This document shows, in pieces, positions 44,884 to 60,099 of a stretch of DNA of 64,000 nucleotides. The stretch comes from Octopus vulgaris. Lineage: Eukaryota. Position numbers and translations under genes: made by a program. Location of the stretch: positions 24,738,001 to 24,802,000 of the forward strand of contig OX597828.1 of the NCBI GenBank assembly GCA_951406725.2, written 5' to 3'. The notes beneath the pieces were generated by a model. The model saw nothing but the letters and a program-made list of their open reading frames with translations. It made no database searches and had not been told where the DNA came from. Each line of letters opens with the position of its first letter. Within the stretch, counting starts at the first letter, position 1.

Positions 44884-45060
44884 ACCCCTTCGGTCATGAA
44901 TGACCATGGGAATTGCACCTAGAAAGTTACCCCCCAAGGCACAAGTCCAGGCAATGGTCATGGAAGACCAGCAGTTACCCATGCATACCAGCCTCCCCTC
45001 TCCACGCTACCGATGTTATCCAAAGGAAAGATAAATGGCCGATACAGCTTGACATCAGTG
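44884..45060 (-). mobile_element. SINE family C, 3' fragment
   Basis: CCCCTTCGGTCATGAATGACCATGGG...GGAAGACCAGCAG blocks. Confidence 0.7.
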
Positions 45061-45947
45061 GGCTTAAAAGCGATTGCGGCCTTAAGCCCATATTGTGGCA
45101 TATAGCAGTGACTGTCTTTGTTGCTGTTTATACCTAAGTGAATGTCGATCGAGCTGAATTTTGATTAAGGGGACCCAACTGCAACTAAAGCAGCGAATGT
45201 GCACAATCGATACAACGTTGGATAGACTGCTTCATCGCATTCGTTCTGGCTGTTTACCTTGAGATTAGATCCTGTTTCCTTACATTCTTTCGTGGTCGAT
45301 AAAAGTGTTACAATCCACTGAGTGTGAGTAGGTCTGTACAAGCTGTAGCTTCTTGTGTTCTAACAAACAACGACGTGTTCGATGACAATGGTGCTTATCC
45401 GCATCTCCCTCGCTGGTAGTATTTCCGTGGAGGAAAAGCATAGATTACATGGGAAGAGAAAGAGAGATATGCGTACATTGGCAGCTGGCAGGCTTTCTTA
45501 AAAATCATTTGGCCCAAACCTGCACATACATGTGTAAATCAACGCTCGATCTTGACCGATCGATGCCCTCAATAGCCACGACAATCCCGTCACTACTTAT
45601 TTTCTCTATATATTTTCTTAAGGACCACATTATTAATTGACTCATTTCCCTTTTTCTTAACACGTTGGCTCCCGGGCTTCATTTTCCCACTTTGTTCCAC
45701 GATCCCATACGATGTCTCAATAAATTTAGGAACGGATGCCATAATATCTTTTCTCTATATCACGTGAGGAACGGATGACATAACGGTTTTAACCCACGGC
45801 CCACTGAGTGATTATTTGGTACCTAAGTTCAAATAACAACCTAAACTCTTGCACTAATCCCCGGAAAGTCCCGTGACTGTAACAACACATCTCTGTCGCC
45901 TTCTGGTGGGTCATATTGCTAAGTTTAAATTGTTGGTTAATACTTCT

Positions 45948-46168
45948 CGGACCGGGCTGTGTGAGGTGTTCTTAGGCAAGACACTTTATTTCACATTACT
46001 CTAGTTTTCTTATCAGTAGAAATTCGTTGCGACGTCACAGGTGCCAAGCTGTAACGGCCCCTTTGGCTTTCCTTTGGATAACATCGGTGGTGTAGAGAGG
46101 AGAGGCTAGTATGCATGAGCGACTGCTAGTCTTCTATAGACAACCTTGCCCGAATTTCTGCCCATGGT
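45948..46168 (+). mobile_element. SINE family C, headless
   Basis: GGACCGGGCTGTGTG...GCAAGACACTTTATTTCAC...CAACCTTGCCC. Confidence 0.7.
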
Positions 46169-46169
46169 T

Positions 46170-46258
<89 letters not shown>

Positions 46259-46309
46259 CATATATATATATACATACATACACACACATATATGTATATG
46301 TATATGTAC

Positions 46310-46343
<34 letters not shown>

Positions 46344-46346
<3 letters not shown>

Positions 46347-46469
46347 CAAAATAAGCAACAAGGATATCCAGGGGTAATGCAGTACGATCGTTTCATGCGA
46401 CTCCATTTAATTGAACAATGCAAATATTACATCAGTTACATCTGGATATCCTTGTTGCTTATTTTGATT
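46344..46469. repeat. 28-bp perfect inverted repeat enclosing a half hammerhead motif
   Basis: AATCAAAATAAGCAACAAGGATATCCAG (46344-46371) and its reverse complement (46442-46469). The interior has minus GAAACGATCGTA and is homologous to 58906-58995. Confidence 0.8.
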
Positions 46470-46782
46470 GTAATCCCCCCATTTTGAATTATACGGATAA
46501 TAGCATACTAAATTCTGGTGCCTTTAACTTAAGTATCATATTCAACTGAATCAAAATTTTACTGAAGTTATATATATGTATATGGATGTATATGCGTATA
46601 ACATTCATTTCTGCGCGGGTGTATGCTTAAAACCCAAAATAAATCTAAACATACAGAACATTACCAATGTTTAAACTTCTATCATGAAATGAAATTATTT
46701 TAAATAGAGAAAAAAAACTACTAATATAAATAAATTGATAAAGAATAAAGACACACACACGTGTGCATGTATATATATACAT

Positions 46783-46834
<52 letters not shown>

Positions 46835-46992
46835 CTGTATGTGTTCGTGTGTGTGTGTATTCATTTATATTTACAAATATTACAAGCTCACAAGTATTGT
46901 GCTGTTTACATATGTGTATGCGTGGGGATATACATACATACATACATACATATATATATGTATATATATGTATGTATATATGTTTGTGTATT

Positions 46993-47036
<44 letters not shown>

Positions 47037-47055
47037 CATACATACATACATACAT

Positions 47056-47086
<31 letters not shown>

Positions 47087-47501
47087 TACACACACACCTG
47101 CGTATATATATGTAAAGGGATACGACAACCAAATGTAAATAATATAAGGAAATGTTTTTCAGATAAAACAAAATGGCAAATTTGCTTATAAATAAATTAT
47201 TAACTGTGATAATGCATAATATAAATGTTTATAACGCGTGAAAAATAAACCTTATAACACGTCAAAAACCAACAGAGTTAGAAACCACACACAAACACAC
47301 ACACGTATACAAACACACACGCACACACATATACATACACATATATATACACATATATTTACACCGAGGAAGGCTAAATATACCCAGATACATGTATAAG
47401 CACATAATAAGTACAATATACGCCGTTTTAACGATCGCACGTACAGACAAGGTAATTGTGTATGCAGGAGCTCACACACACACACGCACACATATATATA
47501 T

Positions 47502-47574
<73 letters not shown>

Positions 47575-48766
47575 AGCACAAACACCCATGAATGCATGCA
47601 TTCGCTAGCAGACGTATGACAATTGAATTCTTCGTGGAAATATCAATTAGAAATTTCATAATCATTTTATGATAACGACGAGGGTTATGATGACGATGCT
47701 GATGATGACAATGATGACGATAATGATGATGGTGATGATTATGACGACTGCGATGATGATGATGATGATGATGATGGACGAGAAAGAAGAGAAGATTAGG
47801 GGTAGCAGTACGAGGAGGAAGCACCACTGCTGCTGCTGAAGGTGAAGATGATGATGATGATGATGATGATGATGTCGAGGAAGTCGAGGATGATGATGAC
47901 GACGATGACGACGACGACGATGATTATGATGATGATGGTGGTGGTGGTGCTGGTGGTGGTGTTGGTGGTGTGGGCAGCGATTGTTGACGCAGTTGTGGCG
48001 GCCGCCTTGCGATCGTTGTGGTCGTTGTGGTGTTAGTAGTGGTGGTGGTGGTGGTGGTGGTGGTTGTAGTGGTGTTACTGGTGCTGGTGGTGATGGAGGT
48101 CGTCGTCGTGATAATGCGATGATAAGGAAAAGGATGCTGGTGGTGGTGGTGGTCACGAAAATACAGATGATGAGGACCCTGCTGCTGATGCTGTTCATAT
48201 TTGTTGGAGCTCTAAAGGGGCAAGATGGCTGACACGCTAAAATGTTCGAAAAACGCTTTCGATTGCCTTCCGTCCCTCCGAGGTCGCCAAAATCAATACC
48301 AGTCATATACTGGAATCGATGACATCAATTAACTCCTTCCCTCAAAATTGCTGGCCGTGTGCCAAAATTAGGAAGACTCATAATAATTTTTGCTGTTATA
48401 ACTGCTGGAGATTTTATTGTTTCTTACATAAAAAAAAATTGCTATTTCTAACAGAAAATGGTCGAAACGTCATAAAACCGTTGCTCAGCTTTCCACATGG
48501 GACACACTTGTATTCATGCATACATGTTTCTTTGCGTATATGTGAGAATGCGTTTGTGCATTTGTATACTTCTGTGCGTTATCAAATGTAGCAGTTTCGT
48601 ATGCCTTTGGGTACAATTGCCCTTTCTCTAGCTGTGTCCTATGTTGGTTTGTTAGTGTGTGACGTTTTTGTCACTCTTAATGGAATTGACGAGTCATAAG
48701 GTTTTAATTATAGTACATTATAAACATGCTTGTAACATGTTATGATATTCAACATTACACACACAT

Positions 48767-48824
<58 letters not shown>

Positions 48825-48875
48825 GTGTGTGCAAATATATATTCATTTTTTCATTTTTCTTTTATATTATATTAT

Positions 48876-48932
<57 letters not shown>

Positions 48933-48978
48933 TATATACATATATATATGTATATATATATACATATATATATATATG

Positions 48979-49173
<195 letters not shown>

Positions 49174-49829
49174 TATATATATGTGTGTCTGCGCACGCAT
49201 TTACAAAAACAAAGTATGCTTTTTCATGGAAATGATTTTAACCTCGTTTTGAAAATCTTGAAAGAAAATTGTACCGAATACTTATATAGTATATACAAAA
49301 ATGTCGTCACACTAAATTTAATCAGATAACTCGCATGCTTTCGTAATATGAATTAAGGAATTCTTTCATAACATATTGTGACGCTTTTGGAGAACTTGTA
49401 ATGCAAGTCACACCTTATTTATTTAATAAACATTCAAATCTTTCCTGACTCGAAACTAGTCGGGTATTCTTTGATATCGTTACGCTGCAAAAACTTTGTT
49501 TTTCACAACGTCACTAAAATGGTATTGATTACATAATTATATAAAAATATATTTAGTTTAATAGTTCGATAAATTTATATTTATTTATACGTTTTATTTC
49601 AGATTATGAAAACTATGATCTGGAATGCAACACGATTTAAGCAACCCATGTTTGTCAGTGCTTGTTACCGCCATCATTGCCCTGTCATCATCTTTCTTCC
49701 TCTTTCTCTCTCTCTCTCTCTTTCTTCCTCTCCCTCTCTCCTTCTCTCTCTCTCTCTCTTTCCGGTTACTATATACATACATATGTATATAGGTAGATAT
49801 TTATATATAATCGTATATTTTTTTACTAT

Positions 49830-50099
49830 TTTCTTTTACTCGTTTCAGTCACTTCACTGCGGCCATGCTGGAACACCGCCTTTAGTCAAGCAAATCGACC
49901 ACAGGAATTAGTCTTTGTAAGCCTAGTACTTATTCTATCGGTCTCTTTTACCGAACCGCTAGTTGACGGGGATCAGTATCGGTTGTCGAGCAATATTGGA
50001 GACAATATTACACACACACATACACACAAACATACACACACACGCACACACAATATTACACACAATATTACACACAATATTACACACAAACATACACAC

Positions 50100-50187
<88 letters not shown>

Positions 50188-50351
50188 GACGAGCTTCTTT
50201 TAGTTTCCGCCTACCAAATCCACTCACAAGGCTTTGGTCGACCCGAGGCTATAGTACAAGACACTCACCTAAGGTGCTACGCAGTGGGATCGAACATGAG
50301 ACCATGTGGATTGGTAAGGAGCCTACTTACCACACAGCCACTCCTGCGCCT
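49830..50351 (-). mobile_element. SINE family A with expanded internal repeat
   Basis: Head ...CCACTCCTGCGCCT, tail GTTTCAGTCA...GGCCATGCTGG; interior (CACAATATTACA)n, (CA)n and (TA)n. Confidence 0.8.
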
Positions 50352-50415
50352 GTATATATATATATATACATGTATACATATATACATATACATACATATA
50401 TAAATGGATAATAAT

Positions 50416-50785
50416 GGAAGCACTCCGTCGGTTCCGACGACGAGGGTTCCGGTTGATCCGATCAACGGAACAGCCTGCTCGTGAAACTAACGTGTAAGTG
50501 GCTGAGCACTCCACAGACACGTGTACCCTTAACGTAGTTCTCGGGGATATTCAGCGTGACACAGAGAGCGGCCCCTTGAAATACAGGTACAACAGAAACA
50601 GGAAGTAAGAGTGAGAGAAAGTTGTGGTGAAAGAGTACAGCAGGGATCACCACCATCCCCTGCCGGAGCCTCGTGGAGCTTTAGGTGTTTTCCTCAATAA
50701 ACACTCACAACGTCGGTCTGGGAATCGAAACCGCGATCCTACGACCGCGAGTCCGCTGCCCTAACCACTGGGCCATTGCGCCTCC
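50416..50785 (-). mobile_element. SINE family B, full length
   Basis: Minus head GGAGGCGCAATGGCCCAGTGGTTAGGG...GGTTTCGATTCCC; long GC-rich tail. Confidence 0.8.
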
Positions 50786-50999
50786 ACACATATATAAATA
50801 TATATGTATATATATGTGTGTGTGTGTATGTATGTGTGTTTATGTGTGTGTGTGTAAGTGTGTGTGTGTGTGTGTGTGTGTGTGTAGTATTACATATCTA
50901 AAACTATCTTTACAAATATTTCATTACTGTCCTGTCATCTTTATAATGTCAACGCTCTATTACATACTATAGCAGATACATTACAAGTATCTGATCTCA

Positions 51000-51400
51000 T
51001 ATGCCTCGCCCACCTACACTTAAGTGGGTCATGAGGTAAGAGTCCTGAAGCTCGCCTTTCATCAAATCATTCCATCGGGTCCAATCTATATCATTGGTCC
51101 CGTTGGCCCTCCAAGTGAAACCATCCGAGCACATGAATGTTATCCAACCAATTTGTTCGACGCCTACCCCAATGTTTCTTGTCGGTTGGTTTTTGCCCCC
51201 TAAAACCAACTCAGTAATGTTTTTCCCGAGGCATTCTTACCACATGTCCAGAGAATCGCCGCTATAATGTCTTAATTCTGAGTTGTAGTGGCTCAACTTG
51301 GAGCGCCTCGCTGATCTTCCTGCTACGCAGACTATCGAATAAAGTCGTTCTGAAGACCTTTCGGAGGGACTCCACCTATATCAAAAGTATCCACCTGCAT
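51000..51400 (-). mobile_element. RTE-clade LINE 3' fragment (decayed)
   Basis: Minus reads ..RRFSGHVVRMP...KPTDKKHWGRRRTNWLDNI, the RTE C-terminal motif RWFGHV.RM...G.R..GRPR..W.D.I. Confidence 0.6.
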
Positions 51401-51645
51401 AGGCGAGTGGATACTTTTGATATATGTACATACAGACATACATAAAATATATTTGTGTGTGTGTGTGTAATGCTCAAAATAGGAGAGTAGAAAATCAGCC
51501 CACAAGTGATGAAGGGTCTTTCTTTGTATTGTTTGTCTTGTTTTCCATTTGTGTCTTTCGTTGTTAGAAAAAATAGTTCATATTCCATGTGCTCGTACTT
51601 CGTATTTTTTGTTGTACACGTTTCGTTACGTCCTGTGCCTACATA

Positions 51646-51682
<37 letters not shown>

Positions 51683-51717
51683 GTAAGACAATATGTGACA
51701 ATTATTCGGTTGCCATA

Positions 51718-51773
51718 ATAAAACTCTGAGTTTCGGATGTCAGGGCGGAAACCTCCGGCATCTCATCAGTTAT
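51718..51773 (-). ncRNA. Candidate minimal type-I hammerhead ribozyme
   Basis: Minus: ataa CTGATGA gatgccgg...ctgacatcc GAAAC TCAGA GTT ttat. Stem I ataa/ttat, near-palindromic stem III ACTC-A-GAGT, GUU triplet. Confidence 0.55.
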
Positions 51774-51814
51774 ATCGAGGTCTCATTCATTCATTTGTTG
51801 TCTAACCATTACTA

Positions 51815-51876
<62 letters not shown>

Positions 51877-52181
51877 CATACATATACATATATATCAACA
51901 TGAATATATACATATATAAATACACACGCACACATACATGTATATATATATACACAATAACTTCATTGCAAAAATATTCAATGTAAGTTGTAAATCGGAT
52001 GATCAAAGTCGAAGTCGATTCAATATACATACATACATACATATATACAAATGTACATACGTGCATATACCATTATGTATATGTGTATGTATTTATTTAT
52101 TCATGTAGATATATACATATATACATATATACATATATGATAGATAGATAGATAGAGAGAGAGAGTGAGAGAGAGAGAGAG

Positions 52182-52264
<83 letters not shown>

Positions 52265-52272
52265 CATGTATG

Positions 52273-52309
<37 letters not shown>

Positions 52310-52587
52310 GTTTAAATATTTGTTGTGCAAGATTTTTTATGTGAAGTCGTGTGTTGAAACAGATATTGTTATATTTCGGAATGGTCATATTGCCAGTTTG
52401 GCCAATAAAAGCACACGCACTATATATTTAGAAGGACCCTATATATGATGGTGAGAGGGAAGAGTCCGTACTGAGAGTTCAGCAGGTGTATACATAAACT
52501 TTTACTCGCAGAAATAGAAATGCACACAATCTCACACACGTACACACACACACAAATACACGCACACACATATGTATGCGTATGCGC

Positions 52588-52659
<72 letters not shown>

Positions 52660-52696
52660 TTATTTATTTATTTATATATGTGTGTGTTTGTGAGTG

Positions 52697-52756
<60 letters not shown>

Positions 52757-52903
52757 CGCGCACACATATACTTATATATGAGCGTGAAAATGAAATGGGA
52801 GGTAGTGTTCTTGTTTGAATATTTGTATGTATGCCATGAGTGTAATTCTGCGGTTGTGTGTATGTGTGTGCGTGTGTTTGTAATTCTGTGTGTGTGTGTG
52901 TGT

Positions 52904-52944
<41 letters not shown>

Positions 52945-53131
52945 TGTGTGCATTTTTGTGTGTTCAAACACGCCCTTCCATAAGTCCTCGTGTTAATAGG
53001 AAAACTGTGTATGTCTGATTAACATACTTTCACAAATGTGACTGATTGTTACAGTCAAAATACTGGGAAATGTTCCGGCTGTTGTTGTTGTCGTCTTTGC
53101 CGCCGCCGCCGCCGCCGCCGCTGTCGTCGTC

Positions 53132-53162
<31 letters not shown>

Positions 53163-53709
53163 CAACAGCAGCAGCAAAGGTGGTGGGGTGGTGGCCGATG
53201 CTGTTTCTGTGGCTAATAGGGACAGTGAGATAGTGGTGGTTGCAGTGCTGGCGGACGTGGTATTTGTGACTGTGGTGGTATTGGTAGTGGTGGTGGTGGT
53301 GTATGTGGTGGTGGTAGTGGTGGTGCTGGTGGTGCTGCTGGTGGTGGTGATGATGATTGTGGCAGTGGTAGCAGCTCTGACAGCCTCATAGTTATCTTTT
53401 GTTGTTTAACCCTAGGCCATTCTCGTTCCAGGTCAGACCAATGGTAAAAGTCATTGTTCCAATCGTGACCGTCCCGTCGTTGTTCTAAGCATAGGGATGA
53501 TCCTAAAAGCTCCTTATGCAAACTCATGTTGCTGGAGTGGTTATTGTTGTAACCATGACCACCTCGTCTGTTAGGATTATATCGGATTAAAATGTTCCAG
53601 TGTCTCCTGTTTTATGTAGGACAGTAGGCCCCAATTTGAGAAATGTATGGCTGTTATTACTAGCAGGACCACCTTCCACGAGGTCGTGTATTGGTTGTTT
53701 CCTGTATTG

Positions 53710-54500
53710 ATGTTGGTGTTGTTGTTGTTGGTGGTGGTGGTGGTGTGGTGGTGGTGGTGTGGTGGTGGTGGTGGTGGTGGTGGTTTGGTGGTGGTGGTGA
53801 TGGTGGTGGTGGTGGTGGTGGTGGTGGTGGTGGTGGTGGTGGTGGTGGTGGTGGTGGTGGTGGTGGTGGTGGTGGTGGTGGTGGTGGTGGTGGTGGTGGT
53901 GGTGGTGGTCGTGGTGGTCGTAGTGGTGATGATTATAATTGGTGTTGTTGATGGTTTTGGTGGTCGTGGTTTTTCATCGTCGTCATTGTGTTGGTGGTGG
54001 TGGTAGTGGTGGTGGTTGTGGTGGTGGCGGTGGTGGTTGTGGTGGTGGCGGTGGCAGTGGTGGTGGTGGTGGTGGTGGTGATGGTGGTGGTGGTGGTGGT
54101 GGTGATTGTGGTGGTGATGGTGATGGTGATGGTGGTGGTGACTGTGGTGGTGATGGTGGTGGTGATGATGGTGGTGGTGGTGATGGTGGTGGTGGTGGTG
54201 ATGGTAATGGTGATGACGATGTTTATGGTGGTGGCGGTGATGGTGTTGGTGATGGTGATGGTGGTGGTGGTGGTGATGGTGGTGGTTATGGTGGTTGTGG
54301 TGGTGATGGTGGTGGTGGTGGTAATTGTGGTAATGATTGTGGTGATGATGATGATGATGATGACGCTTTTGTTGATTATGGTAGTTTTAATGAGTGCGAT
54401 GGTGGTTGTGATGGTGATGGTGCTGCTGCTACTGTTGCTTTCTATTGCGGTGGTGGTGATACTGATCGTAAAGATGGTGGTATGGTGATGGTGGTGGTCG
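53710..54500. repeat. (GGT)n/(GAT)n low-complexity G-rich tract
   Basis: Directly visible. Confidence 0.9.
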
Positions 54501-55341
54501 TTGGGCTGATGGTGGCGGTGTTGCTGCCATTGTTAATGGTGTCGCTGTTTTTATGTTATTGTTGTCGTTGTTGTTGTAATTATTGCTATTGTTCTTTTGT
54601 AATTATAATTTCTTTCCACTCACTCCCCTCCCACAACCCACCCTCCTTCTCTCCGTCCCTCCCACTCTCTTTCATTTACTCCTTTCTCCTCCTCACAAAC
54701 CTTTCCCATTCACCGCCATATTGCCTTTTTGTTTTCTTTTGTTTCCTTTATGTTCCGGGTTCCGACCTAGAATTTCGCAATTGCAACAGTAATTAATATG
54801 AAGTAGATTAGAGGGGAGTGGCAGCTGAGTGGGGATGGGGTTGTGCTGGCGATACTGGTGTGGTATGCAAGGGTTTGTGTCGGTGGTAGCGGAGAAGGTG
54901 GGAGTGGTGCTGTGGTTGGTAATGTTGGTGGTATTGATAGCACTGGCAGAGTTGTTGCTGTCGTTAGTGGTGGTGGTGTTTGTTGTTGTTGTTGTGGCGA
55001 TGTTGATGGTGGTGGTGGTGGTGGTGGTGATGGTGGTAGTGGTGGTGAGAGTGGGGGTGTTGGTGGTGAAGGTGACGGTGCAGTCAGAAGGCGGAAGATA
55101 GGTGTGATAATGATGAAATGTAAGAGGGAGAGAGAGCGTGGATGCTCTTCGCCGTGTGTTCTAGGAGGTTGGTGGGTTCGCTGTGAAAAAGTTGGAATGC
55201 TCAGAGCGAGGCCCGCCGGCTCATACAGCAAGAGAGAGAGAGAGAGAGAGATGCATACTGCGAGAGGTAAACATATATGTATACAACACACACACATATA
55301 TATGTATTGTATGTATACGCACACACACATATATATATAAT

Positions 55342-55385
<44 letters not shown>

Positions 55386-55918
55386 CATACATACATACAT
55401 ACATACATACATACATACATACATACATACATACATAGATTAGTCACCAAGACATGAGCATATGAGTCGGGGATTAGCTACGTGAATCGCTTTCAACCCC
55501 AATGTGATGCTGAAAAGCCACAAAAAATGGAGAATGGGATTAAGGATGAGTTATCTCGCCTGACCAGGACTAAGATGTTTTTATACCGGCGACAGTGAGA
55601 GTTTATATACGCCAGTGCAAGCTACCGGAAAATATACAAAACAAGTATATTAGTGTAGTTCTTAATATTTATTACACTACAGCTGTTTGTTTGCTTCATA
55701 TATATATTTGTGTGTGTGTGTGTGTGCGTGCGCGCGTAGGTGTGTATTGGATCATTGGTATGGCTGTGGAATACAATTATAACACATCCTTTTGATATAT
55801 GTATATATATATAAATCTATATGTATATATATATATATATGAATATATATACATATATATATGTGTGTGTACATATACATGTATGTATATATATGTATAT
55901 ATATATATATATATATGC

Positions 55919-55952
<34 letters not shown>

Positions 55953-56122
55953 ACGTGCTTTTATCTGTCTCTTCTCAAAGCTCGTTTTCCCAGCGTTCGC
56001 CACTTCACGTCGTCTTGGCTTAACAACCCTCACCGTTTGTTTTTACTGTATATATGCATATATTTATATATTATTTATATTATTATATGATCGAACGCCA
56101 CGCATACTTTTCGAAGAAAGTT

Positions 56123-56159
<37 letters not shown>

Positions 56160-56160
56160 G

Positions 56161-56194
<34 letters not shown>

Positions 56195-57263
56195 CTATTT
56201 ATCTATCTATCTATCTATCTATCTATCCGACAGCCTTGCATATTTTCCGTCCAGCAGATCCACTCACAAGGCCTTAGATGACATAGCGGAACTACAGTAG
56301 AACTTGCCCAATGAGACTTTGCATATGTGGCCGACCCCCAAAAGTCCTCAAAACGTTTTGCACAGGGCTGAGCACAGACGTATGACCAACAATGACAGAT
56401 GGAGGTACGTGAAAGCTGGGCGGGCTGGCAAAGTGTCAAAATCTATGACTAACCCATCCTTTTCTGAAGAATGGTTTATCTGAGACTACATTATGCAATA
56501 ATATGCTTTGTTTTCTAAACTGTAAATTACATTTTGAGGAGGGATATTTGTTTGCTATTACAAGCAAGTTAAGCGACCTCGTGTCAGAGACTTAGTTGAT
56601 ACGTTTTCTTTTTATGAATTTTTGTTTGTGTTTGTTTGTGTTTGTTGTTGTTGTTGTTGTTGATGATGATGATGATGATGATGATGATGAGGATGATGAT
56701 GAGGATGATGATGATGATGATGATATAACGGGTTACTGTTGGTGAGGCTAGTAATAACGAGGTACATGATGTGGAGGCCGTGCATGCTGGCTGTAGTGCT
56801 GGCGGTAGTGGTTCTAGCAATAATGATGATGACGACGATGGTGATGATGATAATGATGACGAGGACGACGACAATGATTAAGATGATGATGATGATGATG
56901 ACGATGACGATAAGGATGAGAAAGATTGGGAGAAGAAAAGGAAGGAGGGAACAGTTGTTTTCGATGCTGTTGTTGTATATAATATATATCATTCCCTCTC
57001 TCCCCTCGCCACCTCCTCTTCTTCCTCCGCCCACGCCTCCACCACAAAACTACGACCCGTTTACTTCAACCTCAATACAATGACATTTACAGAGTTGCCT
57101 TTGGGATGGTAATTGCATGGTGCAAACTCACACAGACACACAGACACACGCATACATACACGTACACATATAGACATACACACACACAGAAATAAATATA
57201 TTTGTAAATATATATATGTGTGTGTGTGTGTGTATGCCTATATATGTGTGTTTGTATATATGC

Positions 57264-57315
<52 letters not shown>

Positions 57316-57458
57316 TGCATGTGGCTCGTATCTGGAACGCGGATATTAATTCTTTCGTGTCGTATTTATTTGCCACGTGGTTTGATGTGAATTCCAATAA
57401 CGGTTAACCTACATTTATATACATTAGTATATGTATATATTAATGTCTGTACGTATTA

Positions 57459-57527
<69 letters not shown>

Positions 57528-58104
57528 TATTGCATAAATATTAATATATACAACAGGTCAAGCAAAAGAAAAAGGATGTTTTTTGAACTATGCATGTTTA
57601 TATACACTCGTGGCTTATAAAAAAGATCAATGAAGAATATTATAAACTAAGTTGAAATGTGAAAATGTGAAAATGTGAAAATATGAAATTGTAATATGCA
57701 CATTTTGGGAAGTTAAAAATTTACTTGAAAGTTAAATAGTTAACCTGGGACTTTAGTACTTCAGACATGTATCTGTAGCTCTATAACCATATACAAACAT
57801 TTTATTTTCTGTTATATTGTTCTACAGCTGTATTAATTGTGGTTTCTGTAATTTGTGGGGATTAAGTTCTTTGTTTTCTTCTTTGGTCCTCGTTCCTTCT
57901 CCTCATTCCCTTTTTTGCATCAATCTTCTTCGTATTCTTCCTCTCCTTTTTCCTTATGTTCTCACTGTCCTGCGTCATGGGTTTTTTTTTTAAAGTATAT
58001 GTAACGCATAAACATAGCCTTAAAGATTGCTTGCAGATACAAGACATGTTATATAAATATGCCTGATTAAATTATCGTAAAAGCATGAAACAATTGGTTG
58101 CTGT

Positions 58105-58575
<471 letters not shown>

Positions 58576-58936
58576 AAAGACATATATATATTTATATATA
58601 TATAGAACAAACATTAATATAGGTGTATGAGTGTGTGTGGTTGTGTGTGTGTAAGTGAGTTTGTGTGCACGTGCTTTGCTTTGACCTGGGCCCATGTCAC
58701 TTTGATTGAATTATAAGAAGCACCATCAAGAAACAAAGCGTGTGTTAGGCACAAGGTGAGACAAATGGTAAATAGACGTGGGTAAATTTCTTCACACTGG
58801 CAATGAATTAACTAAATCCTGCGCACTTATTATCCATGATTTCTAAAGCAAGAATATTGATTGATTGATTGATTCTAGTTTCAGCTTATGAGCTGTGGCC
58901 ATACAAGCAAAATAAGCAAAAGGGCATAAGTAGTGA

Positions 58937-59021
58937 TGCAGTACGACCTTTCAAGCGACCCCATTTAACTGAACAATCCAATCATTACATCAATTTAATT
59001 GCAGTGCCATCTTCAGTTGCA
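58937..59021 (-). ncRNA. Degenerate hammerhead ribozyme motif
   Basis: Minus tgcaa CTGAAGA ...(57 nt)... GAAA GGTC GTA ctgca. One base shorter than the GAAACGATCGTA of its homologue at 46383-46394. Confidence 0.4.
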
Positions 59022-59279
59022 CGAATGAATAAACAGAATGTTAACTAGTGGGACACACTAATATAATTTTTTCTCAAATACTTTAGCAGAACAAGAAGGT
59101 GTAAGAAATCTATGTTGTCGCTATTGTAACTGTACAGATAATACCGGACTGATTTGGTGCCTCAACTGAATATCACTGATGTGTGACCCCCCTGTCCGGT
59201 ATTCACCATCATATATCTCTAACCACTAAACCATTTTTTTATTTTCTCTCTCTCTCACTCTCTGTTTATTTTTGTGTTC

Positions 59280-59315
59280 CTTTCTGTCAAAGAGCGTAGG
59301 CTCGAAACGTAAAAG
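59280..59315 (+). ncRNA. Degenerate minimal hammerhead-like motif
   Basis: cttt CTGTCAAA GAGC gtag GCTC GAAAC GTA aaag. Stems I and II are perfect, but the CUGANGA box is non-canonical. Confidence 0.35.
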
Positions 59316-59794
59316 ACTTTCTCACTTCCCCAGCGTAAAACTAATAAATCTGTTTGTTTACACACCCGTCTTCGTCTTTTGTTTTTTCTTTGTAAATTCT
59401 CACTATATAGTGAGTGCATGTGCACGTGCTTTGCCTTGACCAAGGCTCATGTCTCCTTGATTGAATTGTAGGGAGCACCATCAAGAGATAAAGCGTGCCT
59501 TACGCACTTTTCGTGTTGGCCGTACCTTCGAACGCAGAGTAGATAACTCAGGGGACAGCTGATGAAGGGAATGTTCTTAAAGCTACATCTCCCGTTTCTC
59601 TGTTTATTTGGTTTTTACGTTTCTATGATTTGTTCTTTATGTTCTCGTTTCTCATATCTGTATACGTTTTTTTGCTGTCCTGTACCCATATATACATGTA
59701 TATATACACATATATGTAGGCATGTACATATATGTATTATATGTGCATATATTTATGTATCATTTATATTATATATATATACACACACACGCAC

Positions 59795-59829
<35 letters not shown>

Positions 59830-60040
59830 TGTATGTATGTATGTATGTATGTATGTACGTATGTATGTATGTATGTATGTATTTATGTAAGTATGCATGT
59901 ATGTGAGAAAGCAGTTAACAAGTTGAACATTTGGGAGAATGTTATGTGGATGATATAAGAGGTATTATGGAACAAACATGCCGTAAATATTCTTATCATA
60001 ACAAGATCTACAAATTATATGAAGAGAAATATGTGATATT

Positions 60041-60099
<59 letters not shown>

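Larger units (their letters stand above)
58655..59497. repeat. Diverged 88-bp direct repeat (58655-58742 / 59410-59497)
   Basis: GTGAGT...GTGCACGTGCTTTGC.TTGACC...TTGATTGAATT.TA..AGCACCATCAAGA.A.AAAGCGTG appears in both. Confidence 0.8.

Noticed and set aside
53939-54796. 285-aa Gly/Asp-rich ORF
   Set aside because: It is a degenerate (GGT/GAT)n tract that is open in several frames.
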